Part shown: positions 27,549-38,526 of the stretch, one piece after another | Layout: the number at the start of each line of letters is the position of its first letter | How positions within the stretch are numbered: the first letter of the stretch is position 1 | Source of the DNA: Eubacterium sp. | GTDB taxonomy: Bacteria > Bacillota > Clostridia > Lachnospirales > Lachnospiraceae | Direction: 5' to 3' | Length of the DNA stretch: 64,000 nt | Assembly (NCBI GenBank): GCA_017541035.1 | Contig: JAFXZW010000023.1 | Coordinates: 116-64,115 of the forward strand | Position numbers and translations under genes: made by a program | Notes under the pieces: model-generated | Database searches by the model: none | Seen by the model: the letters and a program-made list of their open reading frames with translations, nothing else | Told to the model about the DNA's origin: nothing

Positions 27549-28553
27549 ATGCTTGAGAAAAGCGTGCTGAAGCATGTGAAACGCAGACCCGAAGGGATTT
27601 GGGAGGGGGCCGCAGTCGGTTTTGATGCAGCCGCCTTTCAGGGTAAAGAAGAAATGATCCTTCAGGCCAGCGGTGTGGCAACCACCGGATGGTTTCCGGA
27701 TGGGGCATCCGTTACGGCTGAGGAAGCTGCCTTCCTGATCGCGGAGAACCAGATGGCTGCCGGAGGGGCAGTACCGTTCACGATGCAGATCTTTCTAACC
27801 ATGGGAAAGGACTATCCCGAAGAGAAGCTACGGAGTCTGATGCAGCATCTGAGCACCCTTGCCACAGAAAAAAAATGTCCCGTTGCCGGAGGAAATACCG
27901 TATATTTCGGAGAGGGTGAGGATTGTCTGGTCCAGATCCTGATGACCGGAGCGCCGGAAAAGTATGACCGGTATGTGAATCATTCAAAAGAGCGTCCCGG
28001 AAAACCGGGAGACAGTGTGTACTTCGTCGGTGAGGTCGGCAGTCTTGGAGCGGAGCTTCTGACCGCCGCTTACAACGAACGGCTGAAGGAACATTTTTCG
28101 GAAAGTTATCTGCGGGAAATGCATTACTCAAAGGAGGCTTTTTCCATCCGGAGCCGGGCAGAACAGTCCTACGGAGCGGGAGCCGTCTTTTTGCATGATG
28201 TATCCTACGGAGGGGTATATACGGCGTTATATCAGTTGGCCGAGGCTGCGGGGACAGGCATTTCCGTGCGTCATGAGGGATTGAGGATCCGCCAGAGTGT
28301 GATCGAATTGAGTGAAACCCTGAATATAAGTCCCTATCTGTTACTTGGTACAGGTGCTTTTCTGGCGGTGGTTCCCACAGACAGGGAAGAGGACTGGAAA
28401 GACAGGATGACGGAGGCCGGAATATCGGTTAGTTTTGCAGCAACCCTCACGAAGGAAAAGGCAAGGGTTGTCCGGGCGGATCATTTTTCCATGGAGAGAT
28501 ACCTGAACCTGCCGGACGGGGACGCCCTGACGGAAACCTGCTTTACGAAATGA
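27549..28553 (+). CDS. AIR-synthase-related (HypE/PurM-like) protein
   Basis: VAGGNT, LHDVSYGGVYTAL..LAEA, NISPYLLLGTGAFL. Confidence 0.75.
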   Translation: MLEKSVLKHVKRRPEGIWEGAAVGFDAAAFQGKEEMILQASGVATTGWFPDGASVTAEEAAFLIAENQMAAGGAVPFTMQIFLTMGKDYPEEKLRSLMQHLSTLATEKKCPVAGGNTVYFGEGEDCLVQILMTGAPEKYDRYVNHSKERPGKPGDSVYFVGEVGSLGAELLTAAYNERLKEHFSESYLREMHYSKEAFSIRSRAEQSYGAGAVFLHDVSYGGVYTALYQLAEAAGTGISVRHEGLRIRQSVIELSETLNISPYLLLGTGAFLAVVPTDREEDWKDRMTEAGISVSFAATLTKEKARVVRADHFSMERYLNLPDGDALTETCFTK

Positions 28554-28711
28554 TGGGATGATTTGGGATGATGTTTCCACTGATGCCATGCATCCGGAGC
28601 GCAGGCAATTCGTATGCGATTACCATGTTTTTCATGGAGTGCTGAGAAGGAATGAAAAAAAGGGAAGTCATATGTCATTTCCCGCAAAAGAAGGAAAAAA
28701 GGAGAATCACT

Positions 28712-29212
28712 ATGACGGATAGTTTGAAGGAAGAAATCCTGCAGATTCTGGAAAAGAACAGCCGCCTTACGCCGGCTGATGTAGCTGCCATGATCGGGGC
28801 GGGAGAAGAAGAAACCGCAGCAGCGATCCAGGCTCTTGAAAAGGACAAGGTAATCTGCGGCTACCGTACCGTAGTAAACTGGGAAAAGACACGGGAGGAA
28901 AGGGTGACGGCACAGATCGGCGTGAAGATTGCTCCGGTTCGCGGAGAGGGTTTCGACCGCATTGCCGCACGTTTCAGCCGTTTTGAAGAGGTGGACTCGG
29001 TCTATCTGATGTCCGGTTCCTCCTATGACCTGATTCTCACCATTGGCGGAGAATCCATGAAGGAGATCGCACATTTTGTCTATGACAAGATCGCTCCCAT
29101 GGAGACCGTGGTTTCCACCTCCACTTACTTTGTACTCCGGAAATATAAGGATCACGGAGTTATATTTGACGAAGAAAAAGCCGCAGACGAACGGATCCAG
29201 ATTATGCCTTAG
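28712..29212 (+). CDS. Lrp/AsnC family transcriptional regulator
   Basis: N-terminal HTH; VYLMSGSYDL; paired with an aminotransferase as in B. subtilis alaR-alaT. Confidence 0.9.
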   Translation: MTDSLKEEILQILEKNSRLTPADVAAMIGAGEEETAAAIQALEKDKVICGYRTVVNWEKTREERVTAQIGVKIAPVRGEGFDRIAARFSRFEEVDSVYLMSGSSYDLILTIGGESMKEIAHFVYDKIAPMETVVSTSTYFVLRKYKDHGVIFDEEKAADERIQIMP

Positions 29213-29324
29213 GAGCATGTGTGCCATGAGACGATAGCGCCCCGGAATACCCGGTATGGCCGGGTGATGGATTATCGAACATCATTCGTGGCAGGTAAAA
29301 AGATCAGTTTGGGAGGAAATACCG

Positions 29325-30491
29325 ATGAAACCGTTAAATCAAACCGTTTTGGATATGAAGCCTTCGGGCATCCGGAAGTTTTTTGATATTGTAAGTGAGA
29401 TGCCCAATGCGATTTCCCTGGGTGTTGGCGAACCGGATTTTGATACGCCCTGGCACATTACCGATGAAGGAATCTATACGCTGGAAAAGGGAAGAACCTT
29501 CTATACCTCCAACTCCGGTCTGATGGAGCTTCGTCAGGAGATCAGCGCCTGGTATGCAAGAAAATACGGGGTACATAAAGATCCTGCCACGGAGGTTCTG
29601 ATCACCGTGGGCGGAAGCGAAGGAATCGATCTGGCCCTGCGCGCACTGCTTTCCCGGGGAGACGAGGTGATCGTTCCCGAACCCTGCTACGTCAGTTACG
29701 TGCCCTGTGTGGCGCTGGCAGGCGGTGTGCCGGTGACCATTTCCCTGAAGAATGAGAATCGTTTTAAGCTGACGGCGGAGGAACTGGAGGCTGCCATTAC
29801 GGACAGGACAAAGGCGCTGGTGCTGTCCTTCCCGAATAATCCGACCGGAGCCATAATGACAAAGGAGGATCTGCTTCCCATTGCGGAGCTTGCGATCAAA
29901 CATGATCTGTATGTCATTTCCGATGAAATCTACTCCGAGCTAACCTACGGAAAGCATCCTCATGCTTCTATTGGTGCTCTTCCGGGCATGGAGGAACGAA
30001 CGATCGTGATCAACGGTTTCTCCAAAGCCTATGCCATGACAGGCTGGCGCCTCGGTTATGCGTTGGCTCCGCAGGTGATCGCGAAGGAAATGACGAAGAT
30101 TCACCAGTTCTGTATCATGTGTGCCCCTACCACCAGTCAGTATGCGGCTGTGGAGGCCATTAAGAATGGGGACAAGGATATCGCGAAAATGCGGGAATCC
30201 TATGATATGCGCAGACGTTTTCTTCTTAAGCAGTTTGAGATCATGGGTCTTTCCTGCTTCGAGCCGGAGGGAGCTTTCTACATGTTCCCCTGCATCAAGG
30301 ATCTGGGCATGAGCTCAGATGAGTTTGCTACCACACTGCTTCGTGAGGAGGAGCTGGCGGTCGTACCCGGTTCGGCATTCGGTGACTGCGGGGAAGGTTT
30401 CCTGCGGATCTCCTACGCGTATTCCATTGATGAATTACGGGAGGCCATGGATCGTCTCTCCCGTTTTATACGGAAGAAAAAACAAGGTTAA
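29325..30491 (+). CDS. PLP-dependent aminotransferase class I/II
   Basis: SLGVGEPDF, PNNPTG, SDEIY, GFSKAYAMTGWRLGY. Confidence 0.93.
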   Translation: MKPLNQTVLDMKPSGIRKFFDIVSEMPNAISLGVGEPDFDTPWHITDEGIYTLEKGRTFYTSNSGLMELRQEISAWYARKYGVHKDPATEVLITVGGSEGIDLALRALLSRGDEVIVPEPCYVSYVPCVALAGGVPVTISLKNENRFKLTAEELEAAITDRTKALVLSFPNNPTGAIMTKEDLLPIAELAIKHDLYVISDEIYSELTYGKHPHASIGALPGMEERTIVINGFSKAYAMTGWRLGYALAPQVIAKEMTKIHQFCIMCAPTTSQYAAVEAIKNGDKDIAKMRESYDMRRRFLLKQFEIMGLSCFEPEGAFYMFPCIKDLGMSSDEFATTLLREEELAVVPGSAFGDCGEGFLRISYAYSIDELREAMDRLSRFIRKKKQG

Positions 30492-30501
30492 GGAATTTCT
30501 G

Positions 30502-30993
30502 ATGATCAACATAGTGCTTTACGAGCCGGAAATGCCTGAAAATACGGGAAATATCGGACGGACCTGTGTCATTACCGGCAGCCGTCTGCATCTCATCGAA
30601 CCTTTGGGATTCCAGCTGACAGATAAGAAAAGAAAAAGAGCCGGTCTCGATTACTGGGACCGGCTCGATGTGACTCGTTACGCCGATTACACAGATTTCT
30701 GTACCCGGAATCCCGGGATACAGATGTATTTTGCCACCACCAAAGCCCGGCAGCGGTACACGGATATCGCATATCCGGAGGATGTGTGGCTGATGTTCGG
30801 AAAGGAGAGTGCCGGTATTCCGGAGGAAATCCTTGTGGAACATCCGGAGCATTGCATCCGCATACCCATGCTGCCGGAAGAAAGGTCACTCAACCTGGCG
30901 AATTCCGTGGCCATAGTTCTCTATGAGGTACTGCGTCAGCAGGACTTCCCCGGGTTGGAATCGGAGGGGAATCTGCACAGGCTTACCTGGTAG
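30502..30993 (+). CDS. trmL: tRNA (cytidine/uridine-34 2'-O)-methyltransferase
   Basis: PEMPENTGNIGRTC, RAGLDYW, FGKESAG, RSLNLANS. Confidence 0.92.
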   Translation: MINIVLYEPEMPENTGNIGRTCVITGSRLHLIEPLGFQLTDKKRKRAGLDYWDRLDVTRYADYTDFCTRNPGIQMYFATTKARQRYTDIAYPEDVWLMFGKESAGIPEEILVEHPEHCIRIPMLPEERSLNLANSVAIVLYEVLRQQDFPGLESEGNLHRLTW

Positions 30994-31005
30994 ACGGACT
31001 GCTAC

Positions 31006-31092
31006 CCTCAGGAGCGAAGCAACTGAAGAATCCGGGAACAGATCCTTTGAACGAGGTGACATGGTACTCTGAATGAAGCCACGGAAGAATCC
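31006..31092. repeat. Degenerate GTCAT-type REP-like elements (family A)
   Basis: GAGCGAAGC..GAAGAATCC, AGATCCTT, and a second GAAGAATCC. Confidence 0.5.
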
Positions 31093-31116
31093 TGACAAAA
31101 GACGAAAGGAACGAAA

Positions 31117-33480
31117 ATGAACAAGCGAACCTTAAGGGTTTTGGAATTTGAAAAGATCCTGACGGAGCTCTCCGGCTATGCCGTATCCGAGGGAGCAAAG
31201 AGGCGGTGTCTGAAGATCACCCCACGCCGGGATATCGAAGAAATAAAACAGCTGCAAAAGGAAACCCGTGATGCTGTACTCCGGATCGAAATGCATGGAC
31301 AACCGGGTTTTTCGGGACTCCGTCCCCTGCAGGAGGCGTTCCGCCTTCTGGCCCTGGGTTCCTCTCTTTCCGCAGTGGAGCTCCTGGATATCGCCTCTTT
31401 ACTGGAGACGGCGGAACAGAATGCAGCCTATGAAAAAAGGCGTGAGGATGCGGAACCCGACAGTCTGACGGACCGTTTTTCCTCCCTTCTTCCCGTGCGG
31501 GATGTGTCCGGGGAGATCCGCCGTTGCCTGCTTTCCGAAGAGGAAGTGGCGGACGATGCGTCCTCGAATCTGAAACGCATCCGGCGGGAAATTCTTACCG
31601 CAAATGCGGAAATGCGTCAGCAGCTGGAGAAGATCATGAAGAGAGAAGGGGACCGGGGTACTCTTCAGGATGTGCTGATCACCATGCGTGGCGGACGGTA
31701 CTGCCTTCCGGTAAAGGCGGAATATCGCGCGAAATTCCCCGGCATGATCCATGACCAGTCCCAGACAGGAAGTACAGTCTTCATCGAGCCGATGGAGGTT
31801 GTGAATCTGAACAACCGGATCAAGGAGCTGGAGGCGGAGGAGAGACTGGAGATCGAAGCAATCCTGGCAGATCTCTCCAAGATGGCGGGGAGCGTGCTGG
31901 ATGAGCTGAAGACGGATCAAACCATACTTACGGAATTGGATTTTATTTTTGCCAAGGCAAAATATGCAAAGAAACAAAATGCAGCAGAGCCTGTTTTAAA
32001 CAGTGAGGGGATTGTCGATCTTCGCCGTGCCCGCCATCCCATGCTGGATCCCGCTACGGCGGTGCCTGTGGATATCCGGTTGGGAGATGAATACACCCTG
32101 CTTATCATCACCGGGCCAAATACCGGCGGAAAGACCGTTGCGCTGAAGACACTTGGCCTTCTTACGCTGATGGGACAGGCAGGTCTGCACATTCCCGCGG
32201 AATACGGTTCCCGGATCGCTGTTTTTCAGGATGTTTTTGCGGATATCGGAGATGAGCAGAGTATCGAGCAGAATCTGTCTACATTTTCCTCGCATATGAG
32301 CAACATCGTTTATATTACGGAGCATGCGGGTTCCGAGACACTGTGCCTTTTTGATGAGCCCGGCGGCGGTACGGATCCTGTGGAGGGCGCGGCTCTTGCA
32401 GTTGCCATTCTTTCGGATCTGATGAACCGCGGTGCGCGGGTTATGGCGACTACACATTATACCGAGCTGAAGACCTTTGCACTTTCCAGGGAGGGCGTTG
32501 AAAATGCATCCTGTGAGTTCGATGTCACATCCCTGCGTCCCACCTACCGTCTTATGATCGGTATTCCCGGCAGCTCCAATGCGTTTGCCATTTCGAAAAG
32601 ACTGGGGCTTTCCGATGAGATCATTTCCGCGGCAAGAGCTGAAATCGATCAGGATGCGGTGCGAATGGACAGTATTCTGACCCGCCTGGAGGAAACCCAG
32701 AAGGTTATGGAAAGCGAACGGGAGGATGCGGAACGCTACCGGAAGGAAGCGGAGATCCTGCGGAAACGTCTTGCTGAAAAAGAAAAGAACCTGGCCGAAA
32801 AAAAGGAAGAGATTCTGAAGAAAGCCCGGGAAGAAGCCAGGGAACTGGTGGAGGAGGCAAAGGAGACCGCGGATGAAGCGATCCGGGAATACCAGAAGTG
32901 GCTGAAGAACCCGGCAGCGGCCGATGCCCGGCGGATGGAGGAAGAACGTGCCAAGCTGCGGAAGAAGAAGGAGAAGCTGACGGATCCCCAGGAGAAAAAG
33001 GTGCTCCGGTCCGGTCAGAAGCAGGGAGATTTTCACCTGGGTGACCGTGTGAAGGTGCTGAGTCTGAACACGGAAGGACATGTAACAGCGCTGGCCGATT
33101 CCAAAGGCCTGATCACTGTGGAGATCGGAATCATCAGCTCCCGTTTCCCTGCTTCAGATCTTGTGATCCTTCAGGAAGAAACCGTGACCGGCCCCAAGGT
33201 ACAGGCTGCCCGTGGCGGCCATATTCAGAAGGCGATGAACTTCTCTCCGGAGCTGAACCTTCTGGGAATGACCGTGGATGAAGCCGTGATGGAGCTGGAT
33301 AAATTCCTGGATGATGCGCTCCTTGCTCATGCCACCTCCGTCCGTATCGTTCACGGAAAGGGCACAGGTGCGCTTCGCAAGGGAGTTCATGAGCATTTAC
33401 GCAAGCTTAGATACGTGAAGGAATTCCGCCTTGGTGAGTTCGGTGAAGGAGATGCGGGAGTAACGGTCGTTAAATTATGA
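31117..33480 (+). CDS. mutS2: MutS2 (Smr domain)
   Basis: ITGPNTGGKT, LFDEPGGGTDP, C-terminal Smr IVHGKGTG. Confidence 0.94.
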   Translation: MNKRTLRVLEFEKILTELSGYAVSEGAKRRCLKITPRRDIEEIKQLQKETRDAVLRIEMHGQPGFSGLRPLQEAFRLLALGSSLSAVELLDIASLLETAEQNAAYEKRREDAEPDSLTDRFSSLLPVRDVSGEIRRCLLSEEEVADDASSNLKRIRREILTANAEMRQQLEKIMKREGDRGTLQDVLITMRGGRYCLPVKAEYRAKFPGMIHDQSQTGSTVFIEPMEVVNLNNRIKELEAEERLEIEAILADLSKMAGSVLDELKTDQTILTELDFIFAKAKYAKKQNAAEPVLNSEGIVDLRRARHPMLDPATAVPVDIRLGDEYTLLIITGPNTGGKTVALKTLGLLTLMGQAGLHIPAEYGSRIAVFQDVFADIGDEQSIEQNLSTFSSHMSNIVYITEHAGSETLCLFDEPGGGTDPVEGAALAVAILSDLMNRGARVMATTHYTELKTFALSREGVENASCEFDVTSLRPTYRLMIGIPGSSNAFAISKRLGLSDEIISAARAEIDQDAVRMDSILTRLEETQKVMESEREDAERYRKEAEILRKRLAEKEKNLAEKKEEILKKAREEARELVEEAKETADEAIREYQKWLKNPAAADARRMEEERAKLRKKKEKLTDPQEKKVLRSGQKQGDFHLGDRVKVLSLNTEGHVTALADSKGLITVEIGIISSRFPASDLVILQEETVTGPKVQAARGGHIQKAMNFSPELNLLGMTVDEAVMELDKFLDDALLAHATSVRIVHGKGTGALRKGVHEHLRKLRYVKEFRLGEFGEGDAGVTVVKL

Positions 33481-33518
33481 TCAGTGACCGGGATGCGGCG
33501 TGTGGAATCAGGATATAG

Positions 33519-33547
33519 TTGGATTATCCGGGGTATTGTGATACAAT
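33519..33547 (+). promoter_or_regulatory. Putative promoter of the two-component operon
   Basis: TTGGAT, 17 bp, TGa-TACAAT. Confidence 0.55.
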
Positions 33548-33620
33548 AAGTGATATGCCTCGCAAAAGAATGATGCAACGAGGATAGCCTTTTTACTGCG
33601 CCCCACGAAAGGAGAAGGAT

Positions 33621-34334
33621 ATGGGCAAGCCCAAGATTCTGATTGTCGACGATGATGAAAATATCGCTGAATTGATTTCACTTTATTTGAACAAGGAGTG
33701 TTTTGACACCAAGACCGCACCGGATGGGGAGACCGCACTGAAGCTTGTGGAAAGCTATGATCCGGACCTGATCCTTTTGGATCTCATGCTCCCGGGTATG
33801 GATGGTTACGAGGTTTGCCAGCAGATCCGTCGGACCCGCCAGACTCCCATTATCATGCTGTCTGCTAAAGGTGAGGTATTCGATAAGGTTTTGGGCCTGA
33901 AAATGGGTGCCGATGACTACATCATCAAACCCTTTGATTCCAACGAGATGGTGGCCCGGGTGCAGGCTGTTCTGCGTCGAACACAGCGCGTGGAGGAGAC
34001 TCCGGTTGCTGCTTCCGTCTCCTCTGACCGGAAGGGCGAATTTGTAGAATACGATCAGCTGATCGTTAACATTTCCAACTACACCGTGACCTTTAAGGGT
34101 AAAAATGTGGATATGCCTCCGAAGGAGCTGGAGCTGCTTTATTTCCTGGCCAGCCAGCCGAATCAGGTATTTACCCGTGAGCAGCTCCTGAACCAGCTTT
34201 GGGGCTATGATTTCATGGGTGATACCCGTACCGTTGATGTGCACATCAAACGTCTCCGTGAGAAACTGGAGGGAGACTTCTCCTGGTCCATTGCCACGGT
34301 ATGGCGTGTAGGGTATAAATTCGAGGTAAGATAG
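33621..34334 (+). CDS. OmpR-family response regulator
   Basis: LIVDDD, LLDLMLP, KPF, winged helix RTVDVHIKRLR. Confidence 0.94.
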   Translation: MGKPKILIVDDDENIAELISLYLNKECFDTKTAPDGETALKLVESYDPDLILLDLMLPGMDGYEVCQQIRRTRQTPIIMLSAKGEVFDKVLGLKMGADDYIIKPFDSNEMVARVQAVLRRTQRVEETPVAASVSSDRKGEFVEYDQLIVNISNYTVTFKGKNVDMPPKELELLYFLASQPNQVFTREQLLNQLWGYDFMGDTRTVDVHIKRLREKLEGDFSWSIATVWRVGYKFEVR

Positions 34335-34335
34335 T

Positions 34336-35850
34336 ATGCAGCATTCCATTCTGGACCGGATCTATATCGCATTCCTGGCGATTCTGATCGTCAGCTTCGG
34401 CATACTGATTGTTTTCACATCCATGATGACCCGAAGGTCTTTGATCGCGGAGAAGACGGAGACGCTGTCCAATGAGGCATCTTTGATCGCACAACAGACC
34501 ATTCTCGGTTATCTTACCGGACGTTACTCGGAGCAGGATCTGGTGAGTCTCTTTGATTACTATTCAAGCTCTTTAAATGCGGACGTCTGGTATGTGGATG
34601 AGTACGGTCGTGTCGTGGCTACCTCTCAGGCCTCGCAGGAAGAGAATGAGGAAGATGGCTCAGAACGGACAAAAGTGCAAAAGAAGCCGGAGTTGGACAT
34701 CCCATACAACATTTACCAACTGGCCCCGGACTATAATATCACCACCTCCCATTCCGAGATCGGCGATTTTTACGGCCTTTATCCACAGGAGATGATCTCC
34801 GTCAGCATGCCGGTGCATGTGGATATTCTGGACGGAAACCGGCAGATAACCCGGACGGTATCCCACGGCTCCATCATCATTCTGGCAACAGCTTCCCAGA
34901 TCAATGAACAGCTGCGAAACATTTTCAGTATCGTGCTGATTCCGTGTCTGGTCATCATTGTTATCGCCTTTATCTTCCTGGCCGTGGTTTCCAGAAAGGT
35001 GCTTACGCCTGTAAAGAGGCTTTCACAGGTGGCAAATGAATATTCCAAGGGGAATCTGGAGGTTCGGACCGGCATCACTTCTCAGGATGAGATCGGTGAT
35101 CTGGCTGAATCCATGGAGTATATGGCGGACGAGCTGTCGAAGCTGGAGGATTACCGGAGAGACTTCGTGTCGAATATCTCCCATGATTTCCGTTCGCCCC
35201 TGACATCCATCAAGGGCTATGTGGAAGCCATGAAGGACGGAACCATTCCTCCGGAGAAAATGGACCGCTATCTGGATATCGTAATCAATGAGACTCAGCG
35301 TCTGACGAAGCTTACGCAGGGCCTTCTGGATCTGAACAATCTGGAAAGCTACGGACCTTACCTGAAGCTTACGGAGTTCGACATCATTGATGTGATCAAA
35401 TCTACGCTGAATACCTTTGAGATCAAGGGGATTGAGCGTGGCGTTGCCATTTATCTGAATAACCATGCGGAAAATACGATGGTTATGGCGGATAAGACCA
35501 AGATCCAACAGGTGATCTATAATCTGATCGACAATGCGCTGAAGTTTACTCCGGAAGGAAAGCATATCTATGTGACCGTAACGGAAAAGGAGAAGGAGGA
35601 TAAGCTCCAGATCTCCGTCCGGGATGAAGGCATGGGTATGGATGAGGAGATGCAGAAGAAGATATTCATCCGTTTCTATAAGGGAGATCCTTCCCGAGGA
35701 AAGGATAAGACCGGAACCGGACTGGGTCTGGCTATCACAAAGGAGATCATCAAGGCCCATCATGAGGTGATCACCGTGGAAAGTAAGGTAGGCGAGGGAA
35801 CGGAATTTATCTTCACATTAAGCCGTCCGCATTCCGAACAAATTGGTTAA
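34336..35850 (+). CDS. HAMP sensor histidine kinase
   Basis: Two TM segments, HAMP, SHDFRSPL H-box, NLIDNALKF, GTGLGL. Confidence 0.94.
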   Translation: MQHSILDRIYIAFLAILIVSFGILIVFTSMMTRRSLIAEKTETLSNEASLIAQQTILGYLTGRYSEQDLVSLFDYYSSSLNADVWYVDEYGRVVATSQASQEENEEDGSERTKVQKKPELDIPYNIYQLAPDYNITTSHSEIGDFYGLYPQEMISVSMPVHVDILDGNRQITRTVSHGSIIILATASQINEQLRNIFSIVLIPCLVIIVIAFIFLAVVSRKVLTPVKRLSQVANEYSKGNLEVRTGITSQDEIGDLAESMEYMADELSKLEDYRRDFVSNISHDFRSPLTSIKGYVEAMKDGTIPPEKMDRYLDIVINETQRLTKLTQGLLDLNNLESYGPYLKLTEFDIIDVIKSTLNTFEIKGIERGVAIYLNNHAENTMVMADKTKIQQVIYNLIDNALKFTPEGKHIYVTVTEKEKEDKLQISVRDEGMGMDEEMQKKIFIRFYKGDPSRGKDKTGTGLGLAITKEIIKAHHEVITVESKVGEGTEFIFTLSRPHSEQIG

Positions 35851-35875
35851 CATAAAGTAAGAAGGGAGTATTATT

Positions 35876-36817
35876 TTGTACTACATAAATGAGCTTCGAG
35901 AGGGGGACAATGTTTCTGCGATCTACTTCTGCAAGACGAAGATCGTGGCAACGACCAAGGCCGGAAAAACGTATTATAACCTGATGCTGCAGGACAGGAC
36001 CGGTGTGATTGACGGAAAGGTATGGGATCTCAGCAACGGGATTGATCATTTTGAAGAACTGGATTATATCGCCATTGATGGTCAGGTGACCTCATTTAAC
36101 AATCAACTGCAGCTGAATATCCGCAGGATCCGAAAGGCCCGGGAGGGTGAATATGATGTGTCGGAGTACATGCCGGTGTCGCCCTACAAGCTTGAAGAAA
36201 TGGAAGACGCTTTGATGGGGATCATTTCCCGTGTGGAGAATCCGCACCTGCATGCGCTGCTTTCTTCCTTCTTCCTGGAGGATGAGAGCTTTCTCGCGAA
36301 CTTCCGTAAGCACAGCGCGGCAAAGTCGGTCCACCACAGCTTCATCGGCGGACTTCTGCATCACAGTCTCTTCGTGGCCAGAACCTGTGAATTTCTGGCA
36401 AATCAGTATCCGATGCTGAATAAGGATCTGCTGGTAACGGCGGCAATCCTGCATGATGTGGGTAAACTGAAGGAGATATCGGATTTCCCCGAGAATGATT
36501 ATACGGATGCGGGGCAGCTTCTGGGACATATTGTGATCGGCGCCATGTGGGTCAACGAACGGATCGAAAAGATACCCGGTTTTCCGGAAAAACTGAAGGA
36601 TGAACTGCTGCATTGTATCCTTGCCCACCATGGTGAGCTGGAGTTCGGATCCCCGAAGAAGCCGGCCATCATTGAAGCATTGGCGCTATCCTTTGCGGAT
36701 AATCTGGATGCGAAGATGGAGACCTTCACAGAACTGCTGAAAGCCAATGAAAACATTTCCGGCTGGCTGGGCTTTAACCGGTTGCTGGATTCCAATGTTA
36801 AAAAAACAGAGTCATGA
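35876..36817 (+). CDS. yhaM: 3'-5' exoribonuclease YhaM family (OB plus HD)
   Basis: LQDRTG.IDGK.W, HHSFIGGLLHH, LHDVGK; TTG start. Confidence 0.87.
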   Translation: MYYINELREGDNVSAIYFCKTKIVATTKAGKTYYNLMLQDRTGVIDGKVWDLSNGIDHFEELDYIAIDGQVTSFNNQLQLNIRRIRKAREGEYDVSEYMPVSPYKLEEMEDALMGIISRVENPHLHALLSSFFLEDESFLANFRKHSAAKSVHHSFIGGLLHHSLFVARTCEFLANQYPMLNKDLLVTAAILHDVGKLKEISDFPENDYTDAGQLLGHIVIGAMWVNERIEKIPGFPEKLKDELLHCILAHHGELEFGSPKKPAIIEALALSFADNLDAKMETFTELLKANENISGWLGFNRLLDSNVKKTES

Positions 36818-36837
36818 GACAAAGAAAGGAATGAAAA

Positions 36838-38223
36838 ATGGGAAAGTATTTTGGAACAGACGGTTTTCGAGGCGAGGCAAATGTAGTTCTGACAGCAGAC
36901 CATGCTTATACCATCGGGCGGTTTCTCGGTTGGTATTACGGTGAATTAAAGGCACAGAACGGGATCGAGGAGACAACGAGGGTGGTGATCGGAAAGGACA
37001 CCCGTCGTTCCAGTTATATGTTTGAATATGCTCTGGTTGCGGGACTTGTGGCTTCCGGCGCGGATGCCTATATGCTGCATGTTACCACAACCCCTTCGGT
37101 GGCCTATGTAACCCGAATGGATGGTTTTGACTGCGGGATCATGATCTCTGCCAGCCATAACCCCTATTATGATAACGGGATCAAGCTTCTGAACGGTTCC
37201 GGTGAGAAGATGGAAGAGTCCACCATCGAACTGATCGAAGCTTTTCTTGACGGATCGGTAACGCTCTTTGGACAGACCTGGACGACTCTTCCCATGGCAA
37301 AGCGGGAGAAGATCGGCTGCACGGTGGACTATGTAGCCGGAAGAAACCGCTATGTCGGTTATCTTATCTCCCTGGGACAGTATTCCTTCAAGGATAAGAG
37401 GATTGCTCTGGACTGTGCAAACGGTGCCGCCTGGAATATTGCGAAATCCGTATTCGATGCGCTGGGGGCGAAGACCTATCTGCTGAATGCTGAGCCGAAC
37501 GGTACAAATATCAACCGCGACGCCGGGTCCACCCACATTGAGGGACTGCAGAAGTACGTGTTGGATAATGGATTGGATGCCGGCTTTGCCTATGATGGCG
37601 ATGCGGACCGGTGTCTGGCAGTGGATGATAAGGGACAGGTGATCACCGGAGATCATATCCTTTATATCTGCGGCACTTATCTGAAGGAAAGAGGAGACCT
37701 GATGAATAATACCGTGGTCACAACGGTCATGTCCAACTTCGGTCTCTACAAGGCATTTGACGAAGCAGGCATTCAGTATGCAAAGACCGCTGTAGGCGAT
37801 AAGTACGTTTATGAGTATATGCAGCAGTATGGCTGCCGGATCGGCGGAGAGCAGTCCGGGCATATCATTTATTCCAAATATGCCACCACAGGTGACGGCA
37901 TTCTGACATCCCTGAAGATCATGGAAGTAATGATGGCAAAGAAGAAGAAGCTGTCCGAGTTGGCGGCACCCCTGAAGATCTACCCGCAGGTGCTGACAAA
38001 TGTCCGTGTAAGTGATAAGAAAAAGGCACAGGAGGACGCTGAAGTTCAGAATAAAGTGAAGGAAGTCGAGGAGAAGCTGGGAGATTCCGGCCGCATCCTT
38101 GTCAGGGAATCCGGAACCGAGCCGGTGGTACGTGTTATGGTTGAGGCTCCTTCGGAGGAAACCTGCCGGGAATATGTTGACAGTGTTGTGGGGGTAATCC
38201 GTGACCGCGGATATGGGGTATAG
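36838..38223 (+). CDS. glmM: Phosphoglucosamine mutase
   Basis: KYFGTDGFRG, ISASHNP, DGDADR, GGEQSGH, RESGTEP. Confidence 0.95.
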   Translation: MGKYFGTDGFRGEANVVLTADHAYTIGRFLGWYYGELKAQNGIEETTRVVIGKDTRRSSYMFEYALVAGLVASGADAYMLHVTTTPSVAYVTRMDGFDCGIMISASHNPYYDNGIKLLNGSGEKMEESTIELIEAFLDGSVTLFGQTWTTLPMAKREKIGCTVDYVAGRNRYVGYLISLGQYSFKDKRIALDCANGAAWNIAKSVFDALGAKTYLLNAEPNGTNINRDAGSTHIEGLQKYVLDNGLDAGFAYDGDADRCLAVDDKGQVITGDHILYICGTYLKERGDLMNNTVVTTVMSNFGLYKAFDEAGIQYAKTAVGDKYVYEYMQQYGCRIGGEQSGHIIYSKYATTGDGILTSLKIMEVMMAKKKKLSELAAPLKIYPQVLTNVRVSDKKKAQEDAEVQNKVKEVEEKLGDSGRILVRESGTEPVVRVMVEAPSEETCREYVDSVVGVIRDRGYGV

Positions 38224-38229
38224 GATAGG

Positions 38230-38526
38230 ATGAACAAAGCGGAAATGATTATTGCCCTGGCAGAGCGCACGGGGCTGAAGAAAACGGAAGCTGAGCGTGC
38301 GGTGAGAGGAATACAGGAGATTGTCGCCGAGACGCTTAAGAAGGGCGAAAAGGTGCAGATGGTTGGTTTCGGAACCTTCGAAGCGCCGGAGCGGGAAGCC
38401 AGAGAGGCAAGAAACCCAAAGACCGGGAAAACCATGAAGATTCCGGCCTCCAGATCGGTAAAGTTCAAAGCAGGGCGCTGGCTGAAGGAAGAAGTAAATC
38501 AGGATCCTTCCCAAAGCCCGGAATGA
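38230..38526 (+). CDS. hup: HU family DNA-binding protein
   Basis: MNKAE, VGFGTF, RNPKTG. Confidence 0.92.
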   Translation: MNKAEMIIALAERTGLKKTEAERAVRGIQEIVAETLKKGEKVQMVGFGTFEAPEREAREARNPKTGKTMKIPASRSVKFKAGRWLKEEVNQDPSQSPE